From NCBI GenBank assembly GCA_035221665.1, contig CM069135.1, positions 17,422,001 to 17,486,000 on the forward strand: a stretch of 64,000 nucleotides of DNA, read 5' to 3'. The stretch comes from Okamejei kenojei. Its lineage: Eukaryota. A program made the position numbers and the translations under genes. Within the stretch, counting starts at the first letter, position 1. Each line of letters begins with the position of its first letter. The notes below the pieces were generated by a model, which ran no database searches, was not told where the DNA came from, and saw only the letters and a list, made by a program, of their open reading frames with translations. This document shows, piece by piece, positions 1 through 13,454 of this stretch.

Positions 1-1424
1 TGGCAGGGAGCGGGGCACCGATGATGTACTGGGCGGTTTTCACCACCCGTTGTAGTGCCTTCCTGTCTGCTACGGTGCAACTGCTGTACCAGACCGTAAA
101 GCAGGTGGTCAGGATGCTTTTGATGGTACAGCGGTAAAAGTTGGTCAGGATCTGGGGGGACAGGTGGGCTTTTTTTGAGCCTCCTCAGGAAGTAAAGGCG
201 CTGCTGCACCTTTTTGATCAGCTTGGAGGTGTTGAGGGACCAGGACAGATTCTCCGAGATGTGTACCCCGAGGAATTTGTAGTTGGAGACCCTCTCCACC
301 TCAGTCCCGTTTATATGGATGGGGGCGTGTCTGCCCCCTCTGTTCTTTCTGAAGTCGACAATGATTTCCTTCGTCTTCTGGGAGTTGAGGACGAGGTTAT
401 TATTGGCACACCAGGTTGTCAGGTGCTGGACCTCCTCCCTGTAGGCTGACTCGTTGTTGTCACTGATCAGTCCTACCACCGTGGTGTCGTCGGCAAATTT
501 TATGATGGCGTTGGAGCCATACTTAGGGATGCAGTCATGGGTGAAGAGGGAGTAGAGGAGAGGGCTGAGCACACAGCCCTGTGGCACGCCAGTGTTCAGT
601 GTTATAGTGGAGGAGGTGAGGTTGTTGATCCTAACAGACTGTGGTCTGTTAGGGAGGAAATCCAGTGTCCCATTGCAGAGGGAAGTGGAGATGCCAAGAC
701 CGCTGAGTTTGGTGATCAAACTAGCGGGTATGACAGTGTTAAAGGCGGAGCTGAAGTCAATGAACAGCAACCTGATGTAGGTGTTATTGCTGTCCAGGTG
801 GGTCAGGGCAGAGTGTAGGGCCGCGATATGGCGTCTTCTGTTGGACCTATTGGTCCGGTAGGCAAACTGATGGGGGTCCAGTGTGGGGGGGTGGCTGGCT
901 TTGAGATGAGCCAAGATCAGCCGCTCGAAGCACTTGGCTATGACAGGGGTGAGTGCCACTGGCCGGAAATCGTTGAGACTCCCTGTCGCTGATTGTTTGG
1001 GCACTGGCACAATGGTAGATGTCTTGAGGCAAGTGGGGACGACACCCTGGGCCAGTGACAGATTGAAAATGTCAGTGAGGACCAGGGATAGTTGTCCAGC
1101 ACATGCCCTGAGCGCCCGCCCGGGGATGCCATCGGGGCCGGCAGCTTTGTGCTCATTCACCTTGCTCAGTGCATCTTGTACAGCAGAGATGGAGAGACTG
1201 AGGGGTTGTTCATGCGGGGGTGGAGCAACTTTGATGGCTGGAGTTTTGTTGTCCCGGTCAAAGCGGGCGTAGAAATGGTTTAGCTCATCAGGAAGGGAGG
1301 CATTGTCTGGGGGGGGGGGGGGGGGGGGGGAGGGGTGTTGACTTTATGGTAATCGCCAATGGATTTGATTCCTTGCCACATGCGCCTGGGGTCAGAGTTG
1401 TTTCGGAAATGCTCCTCGATCCGC
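1..1424 (-). mobile_element. Rex1/Babar-clade LINE, RT fragment (runs off the window start)
   Basis: The minus strand translates to [41 protein letters not shown] (472-508) and [14 protein letters not shown], all typical Rex1 ORF motifs. A poly-G tract lies at 1308-1330. Confidence 0.9.
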
Positions 1425-1449
1425 CGTTTGTGATTGAGTTTAGCATTCC

Positions 1450-1712
1450 TAATGGAGGAGTGGCTTTACTAATCAGGGAGAATGTTACGACGGTACATAG
1501 AGAGGAAATGCTAGAGGGTTCATCTATTGATGTATTATGGGTTGAGTTGAAAAATATGAAATGAGCAGTCACTCTAATAGCTCTATACGAGAGTCCACCC
1601 AATTCTCAGCGTGAGATAGAGGATCAGATATGTAGACAGATTATGGAAGTATGTAAGAACCACAGGTTTGTTGTTGTGCGTGACTTTAACTTCCCAATAT
1701 TGACTGGGACTT
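1450..1712 (+). mobile_element. CR1-clade LINE, APE endonuclease fragment (decayed)
   Basis: GGVALLIRENV...LWVELKN*...PPNSQREIE...VVRDFNFP, with an in-frame stop. Confidence 0.8.
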
Positions 1713-1845
1713 ATGAGGTGGTTGGCAAGTCCAATGTGGAAACGTTGCATTCTTCCACTGATGCAGCAGGAGGTATTTTGAGAGTTGATGCATTCCCTCT
1801 GCCACTTGTGTATCATCCTGATGCAGACTCTCTGATTGTCAATAC

Positions 1846-2073
1846 CATTTACGGTGTACATCAATTATTTAGATGAAGGGATTCAAAGTAACATTATCAA
1901 ATTTGCAGATGACACAAAGCTGGGTAGCAGCGTGAACTGTGAAGAGGAAGCTATGAGAATGCAGGGTGACTTGGACAGGTTGGGTGAGTGGGCAGATGCA
2001 TGGCAGATGCATGGCAGATGCAGTTTAATGTGGATAAATGCGAAGTTATCCACTTTGGTAGCAAAAACAGGCA
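1846..2073 (+). mobile_element. CR1 LINE RT fragment
   Basis: [26 protein letters not shown]...MQGDLDRLGEWADAWQM. Confidence 0.9.
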
Positions 2074-2079
2074 GTCTGG

Positions 2080-2182
2080 TAGCAATCAGTCTGAAGAAGG
2101 GTCCTGACCTAAAACATCACCTATCCATGTTTTCCAGAGATGCTGCCTGAGCCGCTGAGTTACTCCAGCATTTTGTGTATTT
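2080..2182 (+). mobile_element. Penelope-derived short repeat with degenerate hammerhead motif
   Basis: ctgaagaagggtcctgacctaaaacatc...gagatgctgcctgagccgctgagttactccagc. Homologous to 59708-59799; GAAA is mutated. Confidence 0.7.
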
Positions 2183-3209
2183 TCATAGCGATTGGCTGAT
2201 TCAGGAGTCAGGCATGTGAACATTGAGCATGTTGCCTGTTTTTGTAACCAAGACTTTAATATAGCACAATGTATTTCAGTGAGTATAAAAGATTGCAGAA
2301 GTTCAAATTATACTAAATCGAATTTTTGCCAAAAATCCAGTGAACCTTTGTTTGTTAATGTGGATTCGCGAGTAATTTCATGACGAAAATCCAGTGCAAT
2401 GAAACAGAATCGGCAAGCGGCAATACAAAGGAGGAAGTCCCATACGGTCCTTAGATTAATGTAAGATCCCATCAGCATTATACAAACAAGAGCAGTGATA
2501 CATATGATCTAATCAGACGTCCCAGATTCTGGACCCATTATACTAGTTGCTTTTCTAGGTTAGAAGTGTTTGTGTGACCTTTTTTTTGACTAGTATGACG
2601 ATCTGCGAAGAATGATACTTAAGGATAAAAAACAATTTATTGGTGCTGATAGCCTGCAAGACTCTACATACTGCTTAGATCCAGCGATGTATGGACTGGC
2701 TTTGCGAATGTGCCTCGTGTTGACATGTGGGCTGTAAAAATAGATATCAAAAGCCCTGTGGAACTCAGTATTTTAGGGAATTTGAATATGGAGATAGTGT
2801 TCGGCTTGTAATATTCAGCCAGGCAGATCATGATTAATTAAGAGTATATGGAGTGCAGGTTTTGGGATGTTGTAATGTGAAAGTACATGATACATTGATG
2901 AGATTCAAAATGAATCTTGACTGCTGATGGATTACCTCGGTCGCTCTGGAACTGCTTGGTATGGTCATTTGGAGAAATTAGAGGATTGAGTAGTTTGATC
3001 CCAGCTTTACTCTGCGGCAGCTGGTATTATTTTTGCATTTTTAAATGTCTGAAGAAAATCTTGTTTAAAATTGAAGTGGGCCCATTCAGACCTTTGACTC
3101 TACCTCCCATTTAATGCATTCAAGCTGATTTTTAACTTTTGTCCATCTGTCGGTCTTCGTCCCATGGCCAAGGCATTTGCAGGATCAATGGAGACATGCT
3201 TAGTGTAGA

Positions 3210-3470
3210 GCCAAGTCAAGAGTGTTTCATTGTCATGTGTACCGACAACGGGAAATTAAATTGTTACTTGAGCAGCGTAGCAGGCCTGTAATGCAATACA
3301 CAAAAATAATATATTACAATCAAAATTCAAGACATTATTAATCACAATACTAGTGCAAAAATAAAGTCATGTGCAACCAAAGACAGTCCACATAAATTCA
3401 TAATTGTGGTTGGTGTGGTGAGGTGCTTCCTGATGGGTGTTGGGAAGATGCCAGAGCCCATTCTGTTGTC
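3210..3470 (-). mobile_element. Rex1-like LINE 3' end (decayed)
   Basis: Reverse complement reads ...cacatgacaatgaaacactcttgacttg, like the Rex1 3' end at 61260-61330. Confidence 0.55.
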
Positions 3471-3929
3471 ACCAAATGGCTGTCGCACTAGGAATTGGCT
3501 GACATTGATGGAGAGTTGGTTGGGTGGATTGGGTTGGAGCTTCATGTCTATATGCCAGGTTTATATAGGTCACCTCCCAAATTATCTGTCCACAAGCACA
3601 TACTTTGTGCTCCATTTGTGATAGAATCCTATGCTACCTCATCCTATGTACCACAGAACCCACTAAACTGGAGGGAAGCAGTTAATTTGGATCTCAAGGG
3701 AAGAAGAAAAGGAAGGATTCTTCTTTGCTCTGAATAACATTTGACTGATTCTTAGCATCTGTGATCTCGATTGCCACTGCCAGGGGCAGAAATTGATTAA
3801 ATAATAACTTCAGAGGGTGAAGGGAAGAAATACTCAAAAAGACAGTATATGCAAAACTATGGGGCTGGCATTAAATGGAAATTCCCTGCAGTGAGCTGAT
3901 ACTAGACAATTTTCAGCTGCCATAACCTG

Positions 3930-4185
3930 GATTTAATCCTGGCTTGTCCGTGTGGAATTCTCCTCGTGACTGGTTGGGTTTCTTCCAAATTTCCCCGCAC
4001 ATTCCAAAGAAAGGCAGCTTGGGAGGTTAATTGGCCAGTGTATTGTTCCCACTGCAAGGGTTGGCGGTCGAATCTGTGAAATGGGGGTGTGGGGAGAATT
4101 AAAAGATAATCTGGGAAGAGCACAAATGGATTCTTGAGGTTGGAGTGGTGATGCAAAGGACCTGTTTCCATTCTGAATGACTATG
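3930..4185 (+). mobile_element. Old V-SINE (HE1-like) fragment
   Basis: Diverged V-domain (ttctcctcgtgac..gggttt..ccgcacattccaaaga..ggttaattggcc) and a CR1-type tail (ggacctgtttcc). Confidence 0.6.
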
Positions 4186-5498
4186 AATCTAAGGAGGGCC
4201 GAAAGAGCTATGTAATTCCAAATGTAAAGACATGAAACATTGATGGAAGATGGGGAGTGAACCCCCCCTTTAAAAATGAGCGCTTCATCTGATGAAAAAT
4301 GCATTAAATGGCAGAATTTACAGAGTAGCAGATGCCTGTCAGCACTTCAAAACCAATGATTATTCTGCTACCCAACACCCCCATAAAAAAGAGATTATCT
4401 GATTAGTCATCTCCTGCTGTTTGTGGGATGCTGCTGCTAACAGTCAGACCAATTTGTTGTGATATTTTGACAACATAATAAGGTGCCGTGGAAACATACG
4501 CAAGACAAACGTCAGCAGAAATTCATTTGTATCCTTTTCAGAATTTTTTATGTTGGCAGGTTTAAATAGAATCATAGAATTATACTTCGTAACATGAAAC
4601 CATTTGGTCTGTTGCCTTTATGGAGGCCTTTTAAAATAGATGTCCGAAGATTGCCTCTTCTCCCACTCTTCCCCCATAGCTCTCGAGCAACTGTTTTTTC
4701 ATTGGAATAAAGATTCAATATTTCAAACATAGTAGTGATTCTGCTTTCCCTCACCTTTTCTTGCTGCAAGATGTTATGAAAAGAAAAGTTTCAACCAATC
4801 CCCTCTGGTGCTTTTACCAATAGGGGTTAATTATGGTTGGAGCATTTGCAATCAACTTAAAGCAGGGATGCCAAGTACTGTATATACACCATCTTGATAT
4901 TCCGTCCTTATCAGCCTAATTTTAACCATAAATAAAATTATGGAAAGGGCTGTCAACAATGCAATCAAGTTGCAATCATTAATCAATAAATCACTCCTCA
5001 ATTTTTAGTTTTGATTCTCTGTTTGGCTCCAGTTTTGGATCAAGCGTTGGCGATATAATTTGTTCCTAGATGTCTAGAGAGATGGCCTTGATGTGATATT
5101 GAGGCGGCGTTGGACAATGAGTGGTATCAGTGACTACCAAGGCAACTGAAGACAATGAGCATCATGTGGAAACCCATGGTTGGCTGGAGTCATAAATAAA
5201 AGGAAGAAAGATCCTGTGGAGCCCAATCACTTCAGCTCTTGCTTATCATCACAGGAGCTCCATGGGGCACTGCCCTAATTACCAATCCTCGTTGTGGCTT
5301 CCAAAATTAATTTTCTTTCTGTCCCAAGGTAGGAAAGTATTCTGATGATGAAGAATTCAGCTGTAATCCAAAAGACTCCAGATAATCAAAATATGGAGAA
5401 TATTCAGATCGAGGCCAAAACGGTGAGCCACATATATTTTGAAAGTGGATGACCATCAAAGCGTCCAACTATCTCTGCCTGTGATTCAAATACTTTGT

Positions 5499-5668
5499 GT
5501 GGCACTGTGGCGCAGCGGTAGAGATGCTGCCTTACAGCGCCAGAGATCTGGTAAAAATTGTAAATTGTCCCTAGTGTGTGGGATAGTGTACAAAGTGATC
5601 GCTTGTCAGCACGGACTCGGTCGACCAAAGGGCCTGTTCCCACCCTGCATCTCTAAAGTCTAAAGTCT
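5499..5668 (+). mobile_element. V-SINE (HE1-like), internally deleted
   Basis: tRNA-like head gtggcgcagcggtagag joined directly to the 3' half; ends in a (ctaaagt)n tail. Confidence 0.85.
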
Positions 5669-5865
5669 ACACTGATTTGCAGTACCAAAGTCCACACAGT
5701 CAACATCCTGTGGATCGACACAGGCCACAACTTTAACAGTGCCTCATAAATACCAAGGTGTCAGGAGCACCCCAAAGCAACCTGCAGCAAGTAGTTTCCC
5801 CTCCCCACTCCCCAAAGCCTTTCCATTATATAGATGGGTGACGACATGTATGGATGTTAGATTTC

Positions 5866-6945
5866 TAATACTAGAGTCATAAAGTCATAGAGTGATGCAG
5901 TTTGGAAACAGGCCCTTCGGCCCAACTTGCCCACACCAGCCAACAAGTCCCTCTTGCCTGTGCTTGGTCCATATCCCTCCAAACCTGTCCTCTCCATGTA
6001 CCTGTCTAACTGTTTCTTAAACGATGGGTTAGTCCCAGCCTCAAATTCCTCTTCTGGCAGCTTGTTCCATACACCAACCACTCTTTGTGTGAAAAAGTTA
6101 CCCCTCGGATTCCAATTAAATCTTTTCCCCTTCACCTTGAACCTATGTCCTCTGGTTCTCGATTCCCCTGCTCTGGGCAAGAGAATCTGTGCATCTACCC
6201 GATTTATTCCTCTCATGATTTTGTATACCACTATAAGATCTCCCCTCATCCTCCTGTACTCCATAGAATAGAGCCCCAGCCTACTCAACCTCTCCCTTTA
6301 GCTCACACCCTCTAGTCCTGGCAACATACTCATAAATCTTTTCTGAACCCTTTCAATCTTGACAATATCTTTCCTGTAACATGGTTCCCAGAACTGAACA
6401 CAATAGTCTAAATGCGGTCTCATCAACGTCTTTTCAACTGCAACATGACCTCCCAACGTTAATACTCAATACTCTGACTGATGAAGGCCAAAGTGCCAAA
6501 AGCCTTTTTGACCACCTTATCTACCTGTGACTCGACCTTCAAGGAACCATGCACCTGTACCCCTAGATCCCTCTGCTCTACAACACTACCCAGAGGCCTA
6601 CCATTTACCGTGTAGGTCCTGCCCTTGTTCGACGTGCCAAAATGCAACACCTCTCTGTATTAAATACCATCAACCATTCCTCTGCCCACCTGGCCAATTG
6701 ATCCAGATCCTGCTGCAATCTTTCACAACCATCTTCACTATCTGCAAAACCACTAACATTTTAACATCAGCAAACTTGCTAATCTTGCCCTGTATGTTCT
6801 CATCCAAATCATTGATGTAGATGACAAACAGTAACGGGCCCAGCACCGAACCCCAACGCCACTGGTCACAGGCATCCAGTCTGAGAAGCAACCTTCCACC
6901 ATCACCCTCTGCTTCCTTCCATGGAGCCAGTTTGCTATCCATTCA
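5866..6945 (-). mobile_element. CR1/HER1-like LINE 3' part
   Basis: GSVLGPLLFVIYINDLDE, KFAD, RLGLYSMEYRRMRGDLI, ESRTRGHRFK, NFFTQRVV, followed by the 3' UTR and tail. Confidence 0.92.
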
Positions 6946-7974
6946 GCTGTGGATACTACATCATTTGAATAGTCACCTCACTGAGATTATGTTGATCATT
7001 AAAACTTGAATAGTTGTATCTGACTGCTGGCTCCACTCCTAGTTTGGAGAATAAGGTCACGTGGTAGAAACAACATACATATTTCAGCAAGGTGGAGTTT
7101 CAGTGATGTGGGTTGTGTGATTTCAGCAAGATTTTTTGGAAGTACCATAAATAAATAAATTTATACCTCACAATTAATTTATTTGATTTCGCATTATATA
7201 ATCAGTACCACTACGTGAGCAAGAATTGGTTCATATCTTCATCCTATTGTCCAATAGCTTCATCCAATCTCAATGATTAATGTTCATCTCGTGGCCAGGC
7301 TGTACTTTTCCTGCTGGATTTGGATGAATTACCATAAAGACATTACTTATTGCTTATATTATCAACAGCTGAATTATTGTTGGAAATAAGGTAGTTTCTA
7401 GATCACTCAATCAATTGTTGTTTCGCAATGTGATGTCTGTCACCGGATATTTTGTGAGGACCAGATAGCAAGATGTATTTAGTCTCACAGCTTCGACATA
7501 CAATGGCATCCAATCTCAATGATGAATGATCTAAATTGAACTACAGTGCAACTAAGTCCTGTTGTTCATTCTCTGAGTGATTGAATTGAATAGCAGTAAA
7601 TTATCTCAAGCATAGTCAGAACCTCATTTTGCATAGTTGTGCAGTTCTCTTATGAAAGTTGAGGCATTGTGGAAGATAGAATATGAGAGAGTCAAAAATA
7701 ATATCAGAACTCAATGCTTTCACTTTCCAAAAAAATACATCGGGGAGTTTCTTGTGTAAGAGAAAGAGAGGTGACAGAAGTCTTTAAAATGAAGTAAATG
7801 GGGAAGTTTGGCAGCACTGGTGAATGTGGTCTGGAATTGCGATGTGATTGGGATCTGTATCAACTGACCCAGCAGATTCTTTGCATACTTTGTGCATGCT
7901 ATGCAAAACAAAGAATTTCACTATGACATGTCACATGTGCGAATTAAGTATCAATTAATCATTCAATCATTGTT

Positions 7975-8190
7975 TAAAGTAGAGGGTGTGGGTTTATGGA
8001 AGACCTCCCAGAAGTGGTATTGGTGTGTACAATTACAATGTTCAAAAGATATTTGGACAGGCCCGGGGATAGGAAAGGTTGAGAGGGATATGAGCAAAAC
8101 ACAGGCAAATAGGATTCGTTCAGATTTGTGCCTTGGTTAGCATGGGTAGGTTGGGTCAAAGAACATGTTTCTGTGGTGTGTATTTCTTTG
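7975..8190 (+). mobile_element. CR1 LINE 3' end (decayed)
   Basis: agggtgtgggtttatggaa...ttcaaaagatatttggacagg...gttgggtcaaagaacatgtttctgtgg. Confidence 0.6.
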
Positions 8191-8483
8191 ATCCTAGGTC
8201 TTGACTTTCATGCACACAGTCAGCAGCAAACATGCTGTTCAATTCAATGGCAAACAGTCGCAGGTAAGTGTGAACGTGATTGGCACTTCTTAATAGGAAA
8301 TGCTCATTGACTCCAAACACTGCAGAAACTCTTGCAAAGCTGGGCGAAGGTTTACTCCAGCCACAGAATAGCTGCAAATGAGATAGCCCGCTGAATCACA
8401 GATGTCATTCTCAGTTGCCAAGGCGCAGAGGAGATGAGTTACTGGACACCAGAGAAGTAAAAACACTTAAAATAAATACTGGA

Positions 8484-8782
8484 CAGCACGGTAGCAGGGC
8501 GGTAGAGTTGCTGCCTTACAACACCCGAGACCCAGGTTCGATCCTGACAATGGGTGCCATCTGTACAGTGTTTGTGCATTCTCCCTGTGGCCGCATGGGC
8601 TTTTCCCGGGGGCTCCGGTTTCTTCCCACACTCCAAAGACGTACAGGTTTGTAGGTTAATTGGCTTCGGTAAAAATTGTAAATTGTCCATAGTATGTAGG
8701 ATAGTGTTAATGTGTGGGGATCGCTGGTCAGCGTGGACTTGGTGGGCCGAATGGCCTGTTTCCACTCTGTATCTCTAAATTA
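8484..8782 (+). mobile_element. Full-length V-SINE (HE1-like)
   Basis: A-box-like ggtagcagggcggtagag, B-box ggttcgatcc, V-domain, and CR1-shared tail ggtgggccgaatggcctgtttcc...tgtatctctaaa. Confidence 0.92.
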
Positions 8783-9409
8783 AGTAATGAAGCCATAATA
8801 GGACAGGTAGAGGAACAAAACATGTCTTGAGGAGACGTCAACTATGCTAATCAGTTCGTAATAGTAAGTAAAAATGCGATATTATCTCTGTCTGTTTGTC
8901 GGTCTCTCTCTGTGAGTAGTAGGTACCCAGTCAGGTCTAGACACTGTACCAATCATTGTCCCAATGAGCATATTAATAGTCAAGGATCCCTTAAATAAAA
9001 TGGATTAAAAATAGAATGGAAATTAAAAAAGGAATAGGCAATGGCTCTTCCTGTTGTCTGATCCAGCAACATAATGTGCATTTATGCATCTACATGGTCC
9101 AACCAGATACAGGCCAGGGTTGCAGTTGCTCCATACTTTTATTACACTTGTACAACAAGCATAAGACAATTCAATTCACACGGCAGCCGGTTTTATCTCT
9201 TTATCAATCTAATCATTGTTAACTGTATCCAATGTACTGAGCAAAGTTATAGCAGTGAAATAGGATGCAACGTGACTCAATTTTTAGGCTACATACAATC
9301 CACTTACAATAGTTTGTTCATAATGGAAACAGTTTACATGTGTTTGAAATGTTTAATCATTAGAGAGTCATAGTCGAACAGCACAGAAAAAAGCCTTACC
9401 ATGTCAGGA

Positions 9410-9648
9410 GTTCACAAGTTATAGAGGTAGAATGAGGCCATTCGGCCATGTCTGATCTCTGCCCCAATCAGACATTCAATCATGTCTGATCTCTGCCCCA
9501 ATCACATTTTCCTGCCTTCTCCCCATAACACTTGACACCCGTTCTAATCAAGAATTTGTCTATATCTGCCTTAAAAATATTCACTGACTTGGCTTCTATA
9601 GCACTCTGTGGCAATGAGTTCCGCAGATTAACAACCCTCTGACTAAAG
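9410..9648 (-). mobile_element. CR1 LINE 3' end with a 23-bp tandem duplication
   Basis: FSQRVVNLRNSLPQ...CYGEKAG; atgtctgatctctgccccaatca occurs twice (9449, 9482). Confidence 0.85.
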
Positions 9649-9949
9649 ACATGCCAACCATCAAATACCCATCTATACATCCCATTTACCAACCCTGGTC
9701 TGAAGCTTTCTCTGCCTTAGTGACGAGGAGCTGGTGGTCGGGAGGGCATTGGAGATTGGAGCCAGTCAGGCTGTGTGAGATTGGGGAATTCCGGGTCAGG
9801 CCAAGATTGGGCAGTTGAGCTGTAATGGGAGAGCTGGGAAATAGGGGACAGGAGAAGAGATCTAGGGCTTGTAGTCTGGAGATTACTGTGTGAGGGATGC
9901 AGGGATTTTTACCTTAGTAAAGGTATTAATAGACTAAAGACGTGCATGA

Positions 9950-11400
9950 TCAAGTTAAGAGTGTTTAATCCTCATATATACTGGCCACAGAAAATAAATA
10001 TCCTGCTGTCACATAACAAGCCTATAAACATACAGATAAGTATATAATAATCAATAATCTAATAAGATAATTACCATAATACCAGGTCACCTTAATAGTG
10101 CAAATCTGAAGTCGACAGTGCAATCAACAACAGAGTCCATAGAATTGTTGAGCTTAGCCATGATCATATTGAATGGCGGTGCAGGCTCGAAGGGCTGAAT
10201 GGCCTACTCCTGCACCTAATTTCTATGTTTCTATGTTTCTAGTGTTGTGCGGTGTTCAAGAGCCTGATGGTGGCTGGGAAGAAGCTATCCTGTAACCGTT
10301 GTGGTCACAGTTTTCATTGTACTGTAACTTCCTGTTGATGGTAGTAATGAAATGAGAGCATGACCAGCATAGTTTGATCTTTGATGATACTAGATGTCTT
10401 TTTGAGGCAGTGCCTCCTGTAGATCCCTTTGATGGTGGGGAGATCAGTACCTGGTATGGACTACGCAATGTACATCACTCTCTGTGGTATCCTTTGTTTG
10501 TGGGCATTCAGGTTGCTAAACCAGGCTGTCAGGCAACTAGTCATTATGGTCTCTACTAGAGAAGGTCGATGGAGTATTCAGCAACATACTGAATCTCCCT
10601 AATCTTCTGATGAAGTTGAGGCATTGATGAGCTTTCTTTGTGATTGGATTGATTTGCTCAGAGATATGCACACCCAAGAACTTGAAGTTGTTCACTCTTT
10701 CCACCACTGTCCCGTCAATGAAGAGGGGTTGAATCACCAATCAGCTCCTTAGTCTTGCTAATGTTGCGAGCAAGGTTATTGTTCAAGTTCAAGTTCAAGT
10801 TACATTTATTGTTACATACACCAATCTGGCACCATTCCATCAGATTTTTCATGTCCCTCCTGTACTCTGACTCATCATTGCCCGTTATTCATCCAACAAT
10901 GGTGGAGGTGAATTTAGAGATGGCATTGGAGCAGCATCTAACTATACAACCTTGGGTATAGAGCTATTAGGCCTGAGGTCTGAGCACACAGCTCGGAGAT
11001 GTTCTCATGTTGATGGTTATTGAGGAGGAAGCGTTGTTGCCAATTTGTTCTGACTGTGGTCTGCTGATGAGGAAGTTGAGAATCCAATTACATGGGAAAT
11101 GGGCAGAGACCCAATTCTCTGAGTTTGACAATAGGATTGGTGGGGATGTTGGTGTTGAACGCTGAACAGTAGTCATTGTACAACAACCTAACATACTGTT
11201 CTTATTGTCCAAATAGGCCAGTGCCAAGTGGAGAGTAAGAGAAATCTCAATCCCTGTTGATCTATTGTGACAGTAAGCAGGATTAGTGGTGGGTTTAGAA
11301 GTTGATGTGACATCACCGGCCAAACAAGGCAATCATCACCACAGATGTTAGTGCCACCGATTAGATATTGTGGCATGTCACCTTGCTCTTGTTGAACACC
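9950..11400 (-). mobile_element. Decayed Rex1/Babar LINE with a CR1 tail inserted (~10150-10241, +)
   Basis: [55 protein letters not shown]; the insert ends in (ttctatgt)n. Confidence 0.85.
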
Positions 11401-12454
11401 AGCATTAATGGTGTCCTTTTATTGTAGCTCTCTGTTGAGTTTCAAAAAAGCCTTAAAATATAAAATAATTAAGGATTATAATGTAAAATGATTAAAATGT
11501 AAAATAAGTAAGGATTACAATTTAGAGTAAATTTTATTTTTTTCTTTGCTGATATTCTGGATTATCTTATGGATTGTAAAGGATAGGCAAAAATATGTTT
11601 TCTGGCTTCAGCCTATTCCTTTTTCGGTCATTGATTATGTGAACGTTGTGTGAAATGGATACAGTGTTGGTTCATATTCACACAGATTGTAAAGTTTTGT
11701 TCTTTTTTATGTATGACTGAAATAAACTATTCATTCATTCATTCAATCATTGTAGGTGGGAATCTTGGACCTTAGTAATGAGAGGTTGAAGTGGTCCTCT
11801 GTAGGTCTTAAGAGCGAAGCCCGGATGTTCTCCAAAGGTTCACCCTCATGAAGATGTCATTAGCCTCAGTAACTGAGATTATAATGACACAGGGGGCTAT
11901 GGGGCCGGAGAAGGTACATCGACGTTCTCTCTTTCTAAATTAGCACAGAAAGCTTGAGCTCATTGAGGATTGATGACCCACTGCTTGATCAGTTTAGCAC
12001 AGCAATTTATCAACCAGCATCCCAAATCCCAACATCTTAAAGAGGGTGGTCAACTTTCCCAGGCCAACAACACTGGCATATCTGGCCACCATTAACTCCA
12101 TCCCCGTCCCTCACTCCAAAGTAGAAAGCCGTTGCTTTAAATTGGATTTCCTTTGTGAGCAGGCAGTTTGTTCCCATTACACCAGCCAGACACCTTCACA
12201 GCCCAGGAAACTACCTGGACCATTATGCATGCTGAAATCACTGTCCTGCAGAGTGCCTGCTGTTCACAATGGCAGTGGCTGACCACTTTACCCTCATTCT
12301 TCCTCTTCCCCGTCCCTTACCTGACATCAGCTCTCCAGCTTTCTTGATTACAAGAACTGTGGCCCATGTAATCACCTGCAGCTTCTCAAATATTGTAGCT
12401 CTATTTTCATCCCAATTAAGAGAACAGGTAATACTCGCCATTAGAACTGGAACC

Positions 12455-12850
12455 AGCACTGGAATCCCACTTCCCAAATGGAGTGGGACATCCACTGGAT
12501 TCCTACTGTTTGCACAGTGGGAACAACACTGCATTTCCACTGTCTGTACTGAGTGGGAACAGCATTACTGCTGGCACAGCGTGGGAACAACATGCATTCC
12601 CACTGCTCGTACAAAGATTCAACAGCACTGGGTCCCTGCTACCCACACAGAGTGAGAACTACTGCTCATATAGACAATCAATAGCATTGGCTTGCTGCTG
12701 TCCACAGAGAGAGAGGGAGCAACCCTGGGTTCCCACTGCCCCCACAGAGTGAAAGCAACACTCACTGGGTTCCACTGTTTACGCAGTGATAGCAACACTA
12801 GGTTCCCAATGTTTGCACAGACTGATAGCAACACTCACTGGGTTCCCAAT
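12455..12850. repeat. Degenerate ~35-bp minisatellite (~11 units)
   Basis: Recurring cactgggttcccactgyyygcacagagtgggaacaa-like unit. Confidence 0.75.
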
Positions 12851-13454
12851 CTTTTTAAAAGACAGTCATTTCAGGAACATGTTCATTTCCAGTCAGAAAA
12901 GGAAATACAACCTATAAGGCTGCTTTCAAAGTTCCTGCTGCCTGAGGATGTTTGACTGCATTAATAATTTTATATTTACAATTCAAAATAGCTGTGGGAA
13001 GTGTAGAAATTGAGATGAACCTTTTGGAAAATTACAAAAAGATAATATGTTAAGGAACTGCAACAGCTTTAGGGGCTAAATCACGAGATTTCAAAATAAA
13101 TTCAGATGTGGCAAGACATTTAAAACTCAGCTTATCAGTTGAGCAAATCCTTCCAGTATCGCTCACAACGAGCTGCCTTTGTAGAGTTCTTTCAGCACTG
13201 CAACACATCACCACATGCTTCACAGAATTGATATCCAAGTTCTGATCCTGACCAGAATGCATCCTATTTGTCAGTCACACATAGATCTTCACTCTACCTG
13301 ATCGCATCATGGAGTGCGACAGCACGGAAGTGGTACATTCAGCTCAATGAATCCACGCTGAACATCAACCACACATTTACACTAATCCTACATTCATCCC
13401 ATTTAAAAAAAATCTCCATTCAGAGTTCTTACAATGGTCCTCTTTCTGCATTTA

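Noticed and set aside
141-1283. Several plus-strand ORFs
   Set aside because: Antisense shadows of the minus-strand Rex1 RT.
1308-1335. Poly-G / G-quadruplex candidate
   Set aside because: A homopolymer expansion inside Rex1. Its length is unreliable in assemblies, and similar tracts recur at 21403 and 45331.
8484-8560. tRNA gene (A/B boxes)
   Set aside because: This is the tRNA-derived head of a V-SINE: it continues into the V-domain and LINE tail and recurs many times in the window.
12455-12850. Possible CRISPR array
   Set aside because: Units are contiguous and diverged, with no unique spacers and no cas genes, in a vertebrate context. It is a minisatellite.
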